From: an uncultured Chloroflexia bacterium
GTDB lineage: Bacteria; Chloroflexota; Limnocylindria; Limnocylindrales; CSP1-4
Assembly (NCBI GenBank): GCA_963831715.1
Contig: CAWHRB010000002.1
Location: forward strand, 139,655 to 203,654
DNA length: 64,000 nt
Direction of reading: 5' to 3'
The notes beneath the pieces are model-generated. The model was not told where the DNA came from. It was given only the letters and a program-made list of their open reading frames with translations, and ran no database searches. Below are positions 1-9,383 of this stretch, in pieces. Both the position numbers and the translations under genes were made by a program. The number at the start of each line of letters is the position of its first letter. Position 1 is the first letter of the stretch.

Positions 1-504
1 GAGCGTGCCCTCCTGCATCCGGGCGCCGCCCGAGGCGCTCACCACGACGAGCGGCAGGCGTGCGGCCAGGGCGTGCTCGGCGGCTCGCGTCACCTTCTCG
101 CCCACCACCGCGCCCATCGAGCCGCCCATGAACCCGAAGTCCATGACGCACAGGGCGATCTCGTGACCGCCGATGGACCCGGTCCCCCAGACGGCAGCGT
201 CGCGCATGCCGGTCGCCAGTTGGGCGGCGGCCAGGCGGTCCGGATAGGGCTTCTGGTCGACGAACCCGAGCGCATCGACCGACTGCAGGCCAGGGTCGCG
301 CTCGCTCCATGTGCCCGGATCAAGGAGGTGGGCGATGCGCGCTTCCGCGGACAGACGGAAGTGGTGACCGCAGGTCGTGCAGACGCGCAGGTTCTTCTCG
401 AGCTGCTTGTTGAACAGCATCGTCGAGCAGGTCGGGCACTTGGTCCACAGATCGGGCGGGTAGACATCGCGTCGCGCCCGGAACGACGGCAGCTTGAGCG
501 GCAT
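1..504 (-). CDS. accD: Acetyl-CoA carboxylase carboxyltransferase beta subunit (runs off the left edge of the window)
   Basis: Manual translation gives MPLKLPSFR...WTKCPTC...CTTCGHHFRL (zinc finger) and DFGFMGGSMGAVVGEKV...SASGGARMQEG. The ATG at 502-504 overlaps the upstream stop (TGATG). Not in the supplied ORF track. Confidence 0.93.
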   Translation of the reverse strand, partial: MPLKLPSFRARRDVYPPDLWTKCPTCSTMLFNKQLEKNLRVCTTCGHHFRLSAEARIAHLLDPGTWSERDPGLQSVDALGFVDQKPYPDRLAAAQLATGMRDAAVWGTGSIGGHEIALCVMDFGFMGGSMGAVVGEKVTRAAEHALAARLPLVVVSASGGARMQEGTL

Positions 505-905
505 CAGACGAGCCTGCCGCGACGCCACGCGACCCACGCGGCAGCGCCGGCGATCGAGATCGCGGCCGAGGTCAGCACGCCGCCGATGACGACGGGCCGC
601 ACCTGCCCCGGCGAGCGAACATCAAGGACGACGTCGTCCGTCCGGCCAGGCTCAGGAAACGCGATGACGTCGCCGGGTGCACCTTCGCCGCCGGCGATCG
701 ACGCGAGCCGCGCCGCTAGGGTTTCCACGAACCGGAACGACGGGTGATAGCGCGGCAATCCGTTCACCAGCAGGTCCGCCGTCGCGCGGAGGTCGGCCGG
801 GATATCGGATGGGTCGCGCGGCGCGCGGGCAAGCAAAGACTCGAGGTAGCGGTCGACGACGAGCGCCTCGATCTCCCCGTCGCGCGGGGACGGGCCGAGG
901 GTCAC
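504..905 (-). CDS. Hypothetical membrane-anchored protein, putative anti-sigma factor
   Basis: 133-aa ORF with a C-terminal hydrophobic helix (VVIGGVLTSAAISIAGAAAWVAW). Overlaps the ECF sigma stop codon. Confidence 0.6.
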   Translation of the reverse strand: MTLGPSPRDGEIEALVVDRYLESLLARAPRDPSDIPADLRATADLLVNGLPRYHPSFRFVETLAARLASIAGGEGAPGDVIAFPEPGRTDDVVLDVRSPGQVRPVVIGGVLTSAAISIAGAAAWVAWRRGRLV

Positions 906-1540
906 GCCCTCCCCTCGCCGCGATCGCGAAGATCGCGCGCGATCCCGCGCAGGCCCCGGTGGATCAGGACGCGGACGGCACCCTCGGACCGCTCCAGGAC
1001 CTCGGCGATCTCGGCCGTCGACAGCTCGTGGACGAAGCGCAGGATCACCGCTCGACGGCGGTCTCCGGGGAGTCGATCGACCGCCCGCCAGGCCGAGCTC
1101 GCGGCCTCGCGGTCGACCACGACCCGCTCGATGTCGGTCGGATCCGGTGTCGACAACGCGAGATCGAGCGGCGCCTCGGGGCGTCGTCGCCGCCGACGCC
1201 GACCCTCCGCGACGACGTTCCGCGCGATGCGGAACAGCCAGATCCGGAACGTCGAGGCATCCTCGCCATCGTCGGGGCCTGCACGCTCCTGAAACCGGGG
1301 CAACCCGGCGAGCGCGGACAGGAACGTCCGCTCGGTGGCGTCCTCGGCGTCGTGGTGGTCGCCGAGCTCGTAGACCGCGAAGTTGTACACCTGGGCCACG
1401 TACTTCCGATACAGCGCGTCGAACTGCGCGGGGTCGGCCCGTGCCGCGTCCACGAGCGACCGATCCAGGTCGAGGTGGGCGAGACGCGGGCGACCGGCCT
1501 CCTCCGGCCGCGTCGTCTTCCTCAATGCCGGACGGTCCAT
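902..1540 (-). CDS. ECF RNA polymerase sigma-70 family factor
   Basis: Region 2 (FDALYRKYVAQVYNFA...DAEDATERTF...WLFRIARN) and region 4 (ELSTAEIAEVLERSEGAVRVLIHRGL). Start set at ATG 1540, just after the birA stop. Confidence 0.9.
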   Translation of the reverse strand: MDRPALRKTTRPEEAGRPRLAHLDLDRSLVDAARADPAQFDALYRKYVAQVYNFAVYELGDHHDAEDATERTFLSALAGLPRFQERAGPDDGEDASTFRIWLFRIARNVVAEGRRRRRRRPEAPLDLALSTPDPTDIERVVVDREAASSAWRAVDRLPGDRRRAVILRFVHELSTAEIAEVLERSEGAVRVLIHRGLRGIARDLRDRGEGRA

Positions 1541-1544
1541 CGTG

Positions 1545-2360
1545 TTACACCCCGACCCGCTGGACCGCCGGGGCGGGCGGTGCGAGGCGCACGTGGCGGA
1601 TCTCGCCGACCACGACCGATCGTCGGCCCGCGTCCGCCGGTCCCTCGATGACGAGGGCGCCGGTCTCGGTGTCGACGCCGGCGGCACGGACCGGGGAGCT
1701 GGCACCGTCGGACCCGATCAGATCGATGTCGCGACCGGTCGTCACCTGGCGGGCGCTCCAGCCATCGGCATCGAACCGGCCCGCGCGCAATGCATCCACC
1801 CCCACCTCGAGGCGACCGAGGAACGCCTCGAGCACGGCCTCGTGGTCGACTGCCCGTGCCGCGGCCTCACGGAGGGACGTCATCGAACGGGCCAGCTCGG
1901 CCGGGAACGCGTCGCGTGGCCAGTCACCGTTCAGACCGACGCCGATGACCGCCCGCGGATCGTCCGAGCCGAGGCCGTCGCTCTCACCCAGGACGCCGGC
2001 CAGCTTCCGGACGCCATCCCCGGACTCGAGGACGACGTCGTTGGGCCACTTCAGGCGGATCGACCCCGCCCGGACGCCCGTGACGAGCTCGGAGGCCTCG
2101 GCCATCGCCAGCGAGGTCACCGCCGCCAGACGCCACAGATGCTCCGGCTGCAGCCACGCCGGCCGGAACCCGAGCGAGAGGAGCAGCGCCGCGCCGGAGG
2201 GCGCCGTCCACGTTCGGCCGTCCCGCCCGCGACCGGCGGTCTGAGCGTCGGCGTGAGCGAGACAGACCTCCGGCGTGCCATCGGCGAGCCAACCCCGGAC
2301 GACGTCGTTCGTCGACCCGACGACGTCGAAGTGCTCACGGCGAGAGATGAAGGGCGGCAT
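1545..2360 (-). CDS. birA: Biotin--[acetyl-CoA-carboxylase] ligase, no N-terminal HTH
   Basis: VGSTND, QTAGRGRDGRTW, IRLKWPNDV, KLAGVLGE, VIGVGLN motifs. Confidence 0.93.
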   Translation of the reverse strand: MPPFISRREHFDVVGSTNDVVRGWLADGTPEVCLAHADAQTAGRGRDGRTWTAPSGAALLLSLGFRPAWLQPEHLWRLAAVTSLAMAEASELVTGVRAGSIRLKWPNDVVLESGDGVRKLAGVLGESDGLGSDDPRAVIGVGLNGDWPRDAFPAELARSMTSLREAAARAVDHEAVLEAFLGRLEVGVDALRAGRFDADGWSARQVTTGRDIDLIGSDGASSPVRAAGVDTETGALVIEGPADAGRRSVVVGEIRHVRLAPPAPAVQRVGV

Positions 2361-2380
2361 GGCTCGGGCGATCTGCGGCG

Positions 2381-3643
2381 TCAGCCGGCCGCCGCGACCT
2401 CGACGGGCTCGGGTCGTTCGAGCTCGAACGCCTCATGGAGCGCGCGGAGGGCCGTCTCGAGCTCGTCCTCGGCGATCATGCAGGTGATCCGCACCTCCGA
2501 GGTCGAGATCATCTCGATGTTGACGCCGGCATCGGCGAGCGTGCCGAACATGCGAGCGGCGTAGCCCGGTGCGTTGTGCAGTCCCGCCCCGACGATGCTC
2601 ACCTTGGCGACCGAGGCGTCCGTGGTCAGTTCGCGGGCACCGAGTTCGCGCACGACCGGGTCGAGCGTCTTCTTGGCCTTGCCGAGCTCGACCTGCGGGA
2701 CCGTGAACGACAGGTCGGTCTCGCCGCCGTGGCCGACGTTCTGGACGATCATGTCGATGTTCACGCCGGCCGTCGCGAGTGGGTCGAAGATGGCGCGGGC
2801 GATGCCCGGTCGGTCCGGGACGGCCACGATCGTGACCTTCGCCACGTTCCGGTCGTGGGCAAGGCCGCGGACCTTGTTGCGCTGCTCCACGAGCGGGTCC
2901 TCCTTGATGAGCGTTCCTGGCGCGTCCTCGAACGAGCTGAGGACCTCGATGACGACGTCGTTGATCCAGCCCAACTCGACTGCGCGGACCTGCATGACCT
3001 GGGCACCCTGGTGGGCGAGCTCGAGCATCTCCTCGTAGCCGATCACGGGCAGCTGGCGGGCCGGCGGCACAAGCCGCGGATCCGCGGTGAAGATCCCTCG
3101 CACGTCCGTGAAGACCTGGCATCGATCGGCCCGCATCGCCGCCGCGAGGGCGACGGCCGTCGTGTCGCTGCCGCCACGTCCCAGCGTCGTGAGCTCCATT
3201 TCGTGGGCCTGCGCGGCGCTCTGTCCCTGGAATCCGGCGACGATCACGACCTTTCCACTCTCGAGCTCAGCGCGGATCCGACGAGGTTCGACGCCCGCGA
3301 TCCGGGCCCTGCCGTACGAGCCATCCGTCGTGATGCCGGCTTGCGGTCCGGTGAGGCTGATCGCCGGGACGCCGATCGCGTGCAACGCCATCGAGACGAG
3401 GGTCGCGCTCTGGTGCTCACCCGTCGCGAGCAGGACGTCCAGCTCGCGCGGGTCGGGCTCGTCGGTGATGGCCGCGGCCAGGCCGAGCAACTCGTCGGTC
3501 GTATCACCCATGGCAGAGACGACCACGACGAGGTCGTGGCCCGCGGCGCGTTCGCGCGCGATCCGCCGGGCGACCCGCTTGATCCGGTCCGCCCCGGCGA
3601 CCGATGAGCCGCCGTATTTCTGGACGACAAGGGGGCCGGGCAT
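2381..3643 (-). CDS. lysC: Aspartate kinase with two ACT domains
   Basis: VVQKYGGSS, VVVVSAMGDTTDEL, TTLGRGGSDTTAVALA and a C-terminal ACT pair (NIEMISTSEVRIT). Start set at the second ATG, 7 nt after a TAGAAT box. Confidence 0.95.
   Translation of the reverse strand: MPGPLVVQKYGGSSVAGADRIKRVARRIARERAAGHDLVVVVSAMGDTTDELLGLAAAITDEPDPRELDVLLATGEHQSATLVSMALHAIGVPAISLTGPQAGITTDGSYGRARIAGVEPRRIRAELESGKVVIVAGFQGQSAAQAHEMELTTLGRGGSDTTAVALAAAMRADRCQVFTDVRGIFTADPRLVPPARQLPVIGYEEMLELAHQGAQVMQVRAVELGWINDVVIEVLSSFEDAPGTLIKEDPLVEQRNKVRGLAHDRNVAKVTIVAVPDRPGIARAIFDPLATAGVNIDMIVQNVGHGGETDLSFTVPQVELGKAKKTLDPVVRELGARELTTDASVAKVSIVGAGLHNAPGYAARMFGTLADAGVNIEMISTSEVRITCMIAEDELETALRALHEAFELERPEPVEVAAAG
2888..2905 (-). 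promoter_or_regulatory. Internal Shine-Dalgarno plus in-frame GTG, probable aspartokinase beta-subunit start
   Basis: Minus strand reads AAGGAGG-acccgctc-GTG, in frame with lysC, giving a 169-aa ACT-only product. Confidence 0.65.
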
Positions 3644-3650
3644 GCCCGGC

Positions 3651-3656
3651 ATTCTA
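3651..3656 (-). promoter_or_regulatory. -10 element of an apparently leaderless lysC promoter
   Basis: TAGAAT followed by 7 nt and then ATG. Confidence 0.55.
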
Positions 3657-3713
3657 CTGCCGGGCCTCGCGCGCTCCGCGCAGAGGTGCCCGTGCGAGGC
3701 ACCCCCCAGCGCC

Positions 3714-3849
3714 GATGCGCCGAAATCGTCGCATCGGACGTTAAGATCGGCGGATCCGTGCGTGCGTGGCTGGCCCGCCTACCGTCGCGCCCCGCCGTCG
3801 TGCACGATCGTCCGCATCTCGGACCGAGATGCGACGATTTCGGCGCATC
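3714..3849. repeat. Cluster of REP-like intergenic palindromes
   Basis: GATGCGCCGAAATCGTCGCATC (3714-3735) and its exact reverse complement (3828-3849), plus the hairpin CGCATCTCGG-A-CCGAGATGCG (3813-3833). Confidence 0.75.
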
Positions 3850-3903
3850 TCGGGAGGGACGTGACCCACAGCCGCCGCCGAGCGCCCCAGCGAGGACAGA
3901 CCT

Positions 3904-4665
3904 ATGTGCCACGACCACGACAGCCACCCACCGATCGTCCCCATCGCCGGCGGCGCCCTCGACGGTCTGCGCGTCGAACTCACGGCACCGGATGAGAATC
4001 GGCTGGCGGCCTACCGCGCGCGACCCACCCAGCCGCGTGGCGCCGGCGTGGTGATCCTGCCGGACGTCCGCGGCCTCCATCCGTTCTACGAGGAGCTCGC
4101 CCTCCGGTTCGCGGAGCACGGGGTCGATGCGGTCGCCATCGACTGGTTCGGTCGGACGGCCGGGGTCGGTCGACGTGGAGCCGGCTTCGAGCACATGCCA
4201 CACGTCGAGCGCACCACGTGGAAGGGCATCGCGACGGATATCGCTGCGGGCGTCGGGGCATTGCGCGGCGATGGCATCCGATCCGTGTTCACGATCGGCT
4301 TCTGCATGGGCGGGCGGATGTCGTTCCTGGCCTCCACGCTCGACCTCGACCTCGCTGGCGTCATCGGGTTGTACGGGACGCTGCAGGGGCCGTGGCGGAA
4401 CGACGCTCCCGCGCCGCTCGATCGACTCGACGACGTGGGCTCGCCGGTCCTGGGGCTGTTCGGCGGAGCCGATGGCTCGATCACCGCCGAGGCGGTCGAG
4501 GCCTTCGATCACGGGCTGACCGAGGACGGGGTCGATCATCGGATCGTCACCTACCCGGGGGCGCCGCACAGCTTCTTCGACCGCAAGGCGACCGATTTCG
4601 CCAAGGAGAGCGCGGCCGCGTGGGACGAGGTCCTGGCCTTCATCGAGGCGCACTCGGACGGCTAG
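3904..4665 (+). CDS. Dienelactone hydrolase family protein
   Basis: GFCMGG nucleophile motif, VVILPDVRGL, YPGAPHSFF. Confidence 0.9.
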   Translation: MCHDHDSHPPIVPIAGGALDGLRVELTAPDENRLAAYRARPTQPRGAGVVILPDVRGLHPFYEELALRFAEHGVDAVAIDWFGRTAGVGRRGAGFEHMPHVERTTWKGIATDIAAGVGALRGDGIRSVFTIGFCMGGRMSFLASTLDLDLAGVIGLYGTLQGPWRNDAPAPLDRLDDVGSPVLGLFGGADGSITAEAVEAFDHGLTEDGVDHRIVTYPGAPHSFFDRKATDFAKESAAAWDEVLAFIEAHSDG

Positions 4666-4731
4666 CACGACCTCGTGGGTGACCGCCGTCGGCGCGGGGC
4701 GCGCGCGGCGCGTCAGCGCGCGGCGCGCGCC

Positions 4732-4956
4732 TCAGCGCTTGGCGAGGGTCCAGGCGCCGACGAGGAGCAACACGAAGACGACCGCCCACAGCAGTCCGTT
4801 CGGGAGGACTCGCTCGCCCGCGCCGACGATCCCGCGGAGACCGGCGCCGATCGCGTCGAAGGCGCCACCGACCAGCCCGGTGATGCCGCTGCCCACGCTC
4901 CCGGCGAGCTCGTTCATGGCGGCAGTGTTCGCGGTCGGCCCGAAGACGGCAATCAC
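4732..4956 (-). CDS. Small hypothetical membrane protein
   Basis: Gly-rich ORF with a C-terminal hydrophobic helix. GTGA overlap with the DUF389 stop; an alternative ATG lies at 4917. Confidence 0.5.
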   Translation of the reverse strand: MIAVFGPTANTAAMNELAGSVGSGITGLVGGAFDAIGAGLRGIVGAGERVLPNGLLWAVVFVLLLVGAWTLAKR

Positions 4957-5933
4957 CCGAGGGTCCTGGTCCTGGGGCGCGCCGCTCGCCGGCTGCGCAG
5001 TTCCGCGATCGCGCGACGACGTGACAGTCGCCGCCCGACCCAGAGGCTGGCGACACCGGCGATCACGAGCCCGGAGACGTTGATGAGGAGCTGTGCGAAC
5101 GCGCCGATCGCTTCCTGGACGTTTCCGAGCGCCAACGCGACCCCGACGTTCGCGACTGCGGGGATGGTCGTGACCGAGACCAGGACACCGACGATCGCGC
5201 CGGACTTGGCCTGTCCCAGGGCGATCATCCCTGCCACTCCGGCGGCGAGCGCGATCACCAATGATGCGAGGTTCGGCTCGGCGATGAGATCGGTCACGGG
5301 TCGATCACCTGCCAGATAGGCGACCGGCACCTGACGGAAGGCGGACGCGAGTAGCGCGATCGCGGCAGCCGCGATCGCGGCGACCAGGAACCCGAGCGCG
5401 AGCGCCACCGCCGAAGACCGGGCATTGGCCCGCTCGCGCGGGCCTCCCACCAGGGCGACGCACAAACCTGCCAGCGGTCCGTAGTCCGGCGAGACGATCA
5501 TCGCGCCGACGATCAGGAGCTCGTTATTCGTAAGGATCCCTCCGGCCGCGATGATGCCGGCGATCGACATCAGCAGCAGGTATGCGCCGGTCACGGTCGT
5601 GTCGTCCCGCGTGCGGGCGGCGACCTCGTCCCATGAGATGAGGTCGTCTCCGATGCGAGCACTGGCCGCGCGTGCCCGATCCGCGGCCGTCGAGCGGGCC
5701 TCGATGGCCTCGGAGAACGTGTACGCCCCCACCTCGTCGACATGCAGATCGTGGAGCCTGGAGATGAGCGCGCTCAGCGCCGCGTGCTCGACGTCGGCCT
5801 CGAGCACATCGCCCGGCGGTTCGACGGCGGTGCCCGGAGCGACGGTGACATGGACGACGCCGGGCTCACGGAGGAACAGCGCACGGACCGTGTCGGTCAG
5901 CTCCGGCGGGACGATGACGCGCAGGTGAAGCAT
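4953..5933 (-). CDS. DUF389 domain membrane protein
   Basis: IVGAMIVSPDYGPL, GVLVSVTTIPA and QLLINVSGL patterns with several TM helices. Confidence 0.8.
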   Translation of the reverse strand: MLHLRVIVPPELTDTVRALFLREPGVVHVTVAPGTAVEPPGDVLEADVEHAALSALISRLHDLHVDEVGAYTFSEAIEARSTAADRARAASARIGDDLISWDEVAARTRDDTTVTGAYLLLMSIAGIIAAGGILTNNELLIVGAMIVSPDYGPLAGLCVALVGGPRERANARSSAVALALGFLVAAIAAAAIALLASAFRQVPVAYLAGDRPVTDLIAEPNLASLVIALAAGVAGMIALGQAKSGAIVGVLVSVTTIPAVANVGVALALGNVQEAIGAFAQLLINVSGLVIAGVASLWVGRRLSRRRAIAELRSRRAARPRTRTLG

Positions 5934-5952
5934 CCGGCCTCCAGCCGAGGGA

Positions 5953-6915
5953 TCAGGCGGTCGTGAGGACCTTGGCGCCGGCGTTGCGCGGCTCGACTAC
6001 GAGCACGCGCCCCTCGAGATCGGTGTCGGCAGCGATCGCGCCGAACGCGGCCTCGACGCGAGAGATGCGGGACATCGAGTCGGCGAACGCGATGATCGTC
6101 GAGCCGGCACCGGACAGGCACGCACCGAGCGCCCCGGCCTCGCGCGCCGCCGCGACCATCTTGGGGAACTCCGGGTAGACGCTCGCCCGGTACTGCTCGT
6201 GGAGCCGATCGACCGTCAGCCGGCCCAGGATGTCGCTTCGGCCGGCCGCCAGCCCGGCGACACCGAGCGCCACCGCCCCAAGGTTCGCGACCGCATCGTC
6301 GTACGGGACCGTGGCCGGGAGGACCTTGCGCATCGCCTCGGTCGACAGTCGCCGCTCGGGGATGAACAGGACGGCTCGTAGGTCGCGTGGCACGTCGATG
6401 CGCAACGCCTCCACGCCGTCGGCCGTCTGGGCCGACGCCACGAAGCCGCCCAGCAATACGGCGGCGGCGTTGTCCGGGTGGCCCTCGATGCCGGCTGCGA
6501 TGCGCAGCTGGGTGGCCATGTCGAGCGGTCCGCCGAGGAGGGCGTTCGCGGCGACGACCCCGGCGACCGTGGCCGCGGCAGACGAGCCGAGCCCGCGCGA
6601 CAGCGGTATCGCGTTGCGCATGTCGATCCGCCACCCGACACCCTCGGGCAGCTCGCCGCGCGCCGCGCCCATCGCCGCCTCGATGCCACGAACGAAGCGG
6701 TTGTCGCGGTCGTCGGTCAGCTCATCGCGACCCTCGCCCTCGACCGTCAGCTCGATCCGGCCCCGGCTCCAGCCGCGGACCTCGACCTCGATCCGGTTCG
6801 TGATGGCGAGGGCGACGCCCATGCAGTCGAACCCGGCACCGAGATTCGCCGACGAGCCGGGGACCTCGACGGACACTCGACGGCCATCGAGCTCGGCGAG
6901 CCAGTGGGCGACCAT
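5953..6915 (-). CDS. thrB: Homoserine kinase
   Basis: VPGSSANLGAGFD, IPLSRGLGSSAAA (GHMP motif), EGHPDN, LSGAGST. Confidence 0.95.
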   Translation of the reverse strand: MVAHWLAELDGRRVSVEVPGSSANLGAGFDCMGVALAITNRIEVEVRGWSRGRIELTVEGEGRDELTDDRDNRFVRGIEAAMGAARGELPEGVGWRIDMRNAIPLSRGLGSSAAATVAGVVAANALLGGPLDMATQLRIAAGIEGHPDNAAAVLLGGFVASAQTADGVEALRIDVPRDLRAVLFIPERRLSTEAMRKVLPATVPYDDAVANLGAVALGVAGLAAGRSDILGRLTVDRLHEQYRASVYPEFPKMVAAAREAGALGACLSGAGSTIIAFADSMSRISRVEAAFGAIAADTDLEGRVLVVEPRNAGAKVLTTA

Positions 6916-6917
6916 CG

Positions 6918-8012
6918 TCAGCTCCAGCCCAGCGCGACGGCGACCGCGCCGAGGGTCGGGGCGGCCTCGATCACGCCCGGTACCTGGCGCTCGGCCGTGT
7001 GCGGGTCCTTGAGGCCGTGACCGGTCAGGACGGCCACGACCGTGTTGGCGGGATCGAGCGCGTCGGTCGCTGCCATCTTCCGGAGCCCCGCGACCGACGC
7101 CGCAGACGCCGGCTCACAGAAGATGCCCTCGAGGCGGGCCACGTCGCGATACGCCGCGAGGATCTCCTCGTCGGTGACCGCCTCGATCCGACCGCGGCTC
7201 TCGTCGCGTGCCGCGATCGCCTTGTCCCAGGAGGCGGGTGCCCCGATGCGGATGGCCGTGGCGACGGTCTCCGGCCGCTCGATCGGCCGGCCGCGGACGA
7301 GCGGTGCCGCTCCCTCCGCCTGGAACCCCCACATGTGGGGTCGGGTGCGAACGATGCCAGCCTCGGCGTACTCGCGGAAACCCGCCCAGTAGGCGCTGAT
7401 GTTGCCGGCGTTGCCGACCGGGATGGCCACGATGTCCGGCGCCCGACCGAGCTCGTCGCAGACCTCGAACGCGGCGGTCTTCTGGCCATCGAGGCGGAAC
7501 GGGTTGACCGAGTTCACCAGCGTCACGGGGTGCTCGTCCTGCTCCGCCAGGGCCCGGACGATGCGCAGGGCGTCATCGAAGTTGCCATCGACGGCCACGA
7601 CCCGGGCACCCGCGGCAAGCGCCTGGAGCAGCTTCCCGAGCGCCGTCTGACCGCGCGGCAGCACCACGATCACCTCGAGGCCGGCGGCCGCGCCATAGGC
7701 CGCGGCCGACGCCGAGGTGTTCCCGGTGGAGGCACAGACGAGGGCGCGCGCGCCCGCCTCGATCGCCTTGGCGACCGCGACGACCATGCCCCGATCCTTG
7801 AACGAGCCGGTCGGGTTCTGGCCCTCGACCTTGAGGTACAGGTCGGGCACACCGATCGCGCGACCGAGTCGCTCGGCACGGACCAGCGGCGTCGCACCCT
7901 CACCGAGGCTCAGCATCGGCGTGGCGTCGCTGATCGGCAGAAACCGACGGTATCGATCCATGAGGCGAGGACGGCTCCCGCCGACCGCGGCCGTCGACGC
8001 CGCCTCAGTCAT
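6918..8012 (-). CDS. thrC: Threonine synthase
   Basis: [13 protein letters not shown] (PLP lysine), [38 protein letters not shown]. Confidence 0.95.
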   Translation of the reverse strand: MTEAASTAAVGGSRPRLMDRYRRFLPISDATPMLSLGEGATPLVRAERLGRAIGVPDLYLKVEGQNPTGSFKDRGMVVAVAKAIEAGARALVCASTGNTSASAAAYGAAAGLEVIVVLPRGQTALGKLLQALAAGARVVAVDGNFDDALRIVRALAEQDEHPVTLVNSVNPFRLDGQKTAAFEVCDELGRAPDIVAIPVGNAGNISAYWAGFREYAEAGIVRTRPHMWGFQAEGAAPLVRGRPIERPETVATAIRIGAPASWDKAIAARDESRGRIEAVTDEEILAAYRDVARLEGIFCEPASAASVAGLRKMAATDALDPANTVVAVLTGHGLKDPHTAERQVPGVIEAAPTLGAVAVALGWS

Positions 8013-9273
8013 CGACCGGATAGAGGGTGACGTCGATGTCGTCGGGAAGGATCGACTGGAGCGCCGCTCGGGCCTCCGACAGCGTGGCGGCCTCGGTCCG
8101 GATGGCGCTGCCGTCCTCGAACTCGACCGACGCTGCGCGCGCCAGCCCGGGCGGCAGCTCGCCGTCGATCAGGGGCACGGACGGCACGAAGGCGAACCAG
8201 CGGCGCCGCCCGTCGAGTGGGTCGACGGCGGGCACCGCGGCGCCGGTCGCCGGCGGCAGCCCCGCCCACGTCGAGCCGATGCCGCGAGCGACGGCGACGA
8301 GATCTCCGAGCACCGCGCTGCTCGTCGCCGCGCCACCGGCGCCCGGACCGGCGACACGGATCGTGCCGAGCGGTTCGGCCTCGATCTCGATGCGATTGGT
8401 CACGCCGTCGGTCCAGCCGAACGGGCTGTCGGCCGAGACCGCGGTGGGGATGACGGCAGCCTCGATATCAGCGCCGCGCCGACTCGCCGACGCGAGCAGC
8501 TTGATGGTGAGCCCGAGGGCTGCCGCGCCCTCGATCTCCTGGTCGGTGACGCCGGTGATCCCCGCACGGCCCATGCCACGCACAGTCGGTGGGCGACGGC
8601 CCACACTGTCCGGCTCGAGCCAGTCCCCGAACGCGAGACGGGCCAGGATGACCAGCTTGTTGACGGCATCGTCACCCTCCACGTCGCCGGACGGGTCGGC
8701 CTCGGCGTAGCCCTGCTCCTGCGCCTCGCGCAGCACGTCGTCATACGGCTGGCCGTCCTGGGCCATGGCCGTGAGGATGTAGTTGGTCGTGCCGTTGACG
8801 ATGCCGCGGACCCGCACGATGTCGTTGCCCGCGAGGTCCGCGGCGAGCGGGGCCAGGATGGGGATGCCACCCGCGACAGCAGCCTCGAACCGGAACGCCG
8901 CCCCCGTCCGTCGTGCGGCGGCCTCCAGCTCCGGGCCGTGACGGGCGATGACCGACTTGTTCGCAGTGACGACCGGCTTTCCGGCGCCGAGTGCCGCGGT
9001 GATCAGCGTCCGCGCCGGTTCGAGGCCGCCCATGAGCTCGACGATGATGTCGGTGTCAGGATCGGCGACCACGTGTGCCGGGGCGTCGCTGAGGAGATCG
9101 GCGCCCAGACCGTTGCGCGCCTTGCCGAGGTCACGCACGACGACGACGGTGAGCACGAGCGGTGGGGCGTCGGCCGTGGCGAGACGACCGGGATGGTGGA
9201 GCAGGCCATCGAGCACCGCACCGCCGACCGTGCCCGCCCCGAGGACGGCCACGCGCAGCGGTGGACGACTCAT
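8005..9273 (-). CDS. hom: Homoserine dehydrogenase
   Basis: [54 protein letters not shown]. Start set at MSRPPLR. Confidence 0.93.
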   Translation of the reverse strand: MSRPPLRVAVLGAGTVGGAVLDGLLHHPGRLATADAPPLVLTVVVVRDLGKARNGLGADLLSDAPAHVVADPDTDIIVELMGGLEPARTLITAALGAGKPVVTANKSVIARHGPELEAAARRTGAAFRFEAAVAGGIPILAPLAADLAGNDIVRVRGIVNGTTNYILTAMAQDGQPYDDVLREAQEQGYAEADPSGDVEGDDAVNKLVILARLAFGDWLEPDSVGRRPPTVRGMGRAGITGVTDQEIEGAAALGLTIKLLASASRRGADIEAAVIPTAVSADSPFGWTDGVTNRIEIEAEPLGTIRVAGPGAGGAATSSAVLGDLVAVARGIGSTWAGLPPATGAAVPAVDPLDGRRRWFAFVPSVPLIDGELPPGLARAASVEFEDGSAIRTEAATLSEARAALQSILPDDIDVTLYPVDD

Positions 9274-9383
9274 CGGCGGAGCTCGTGAGCGGGGGCGCGC
9301 ATCGCGTCGAATGGTAGCCCGCCACCAGGCGGCCGGAGCGACCACGTTCGTCGGCCAAGGACCGTCGGCTACACTCCCGCACG

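Noticed and set aside
3653-3903. Lysine riboswitch or CRISPR array upstream of lysC
   Set aside because: No lysine-riboswitch core, and the -10 box abuts the start codon. The repeats are inverted and few, not regularly spaced direct repeats with spacers.
9274-9383. T-box or attenuator for trpS or hom
   Set aside because: The gap is 110 nt and shared by divergent promoters, with no T-box sequence, leader peptide or terminator.
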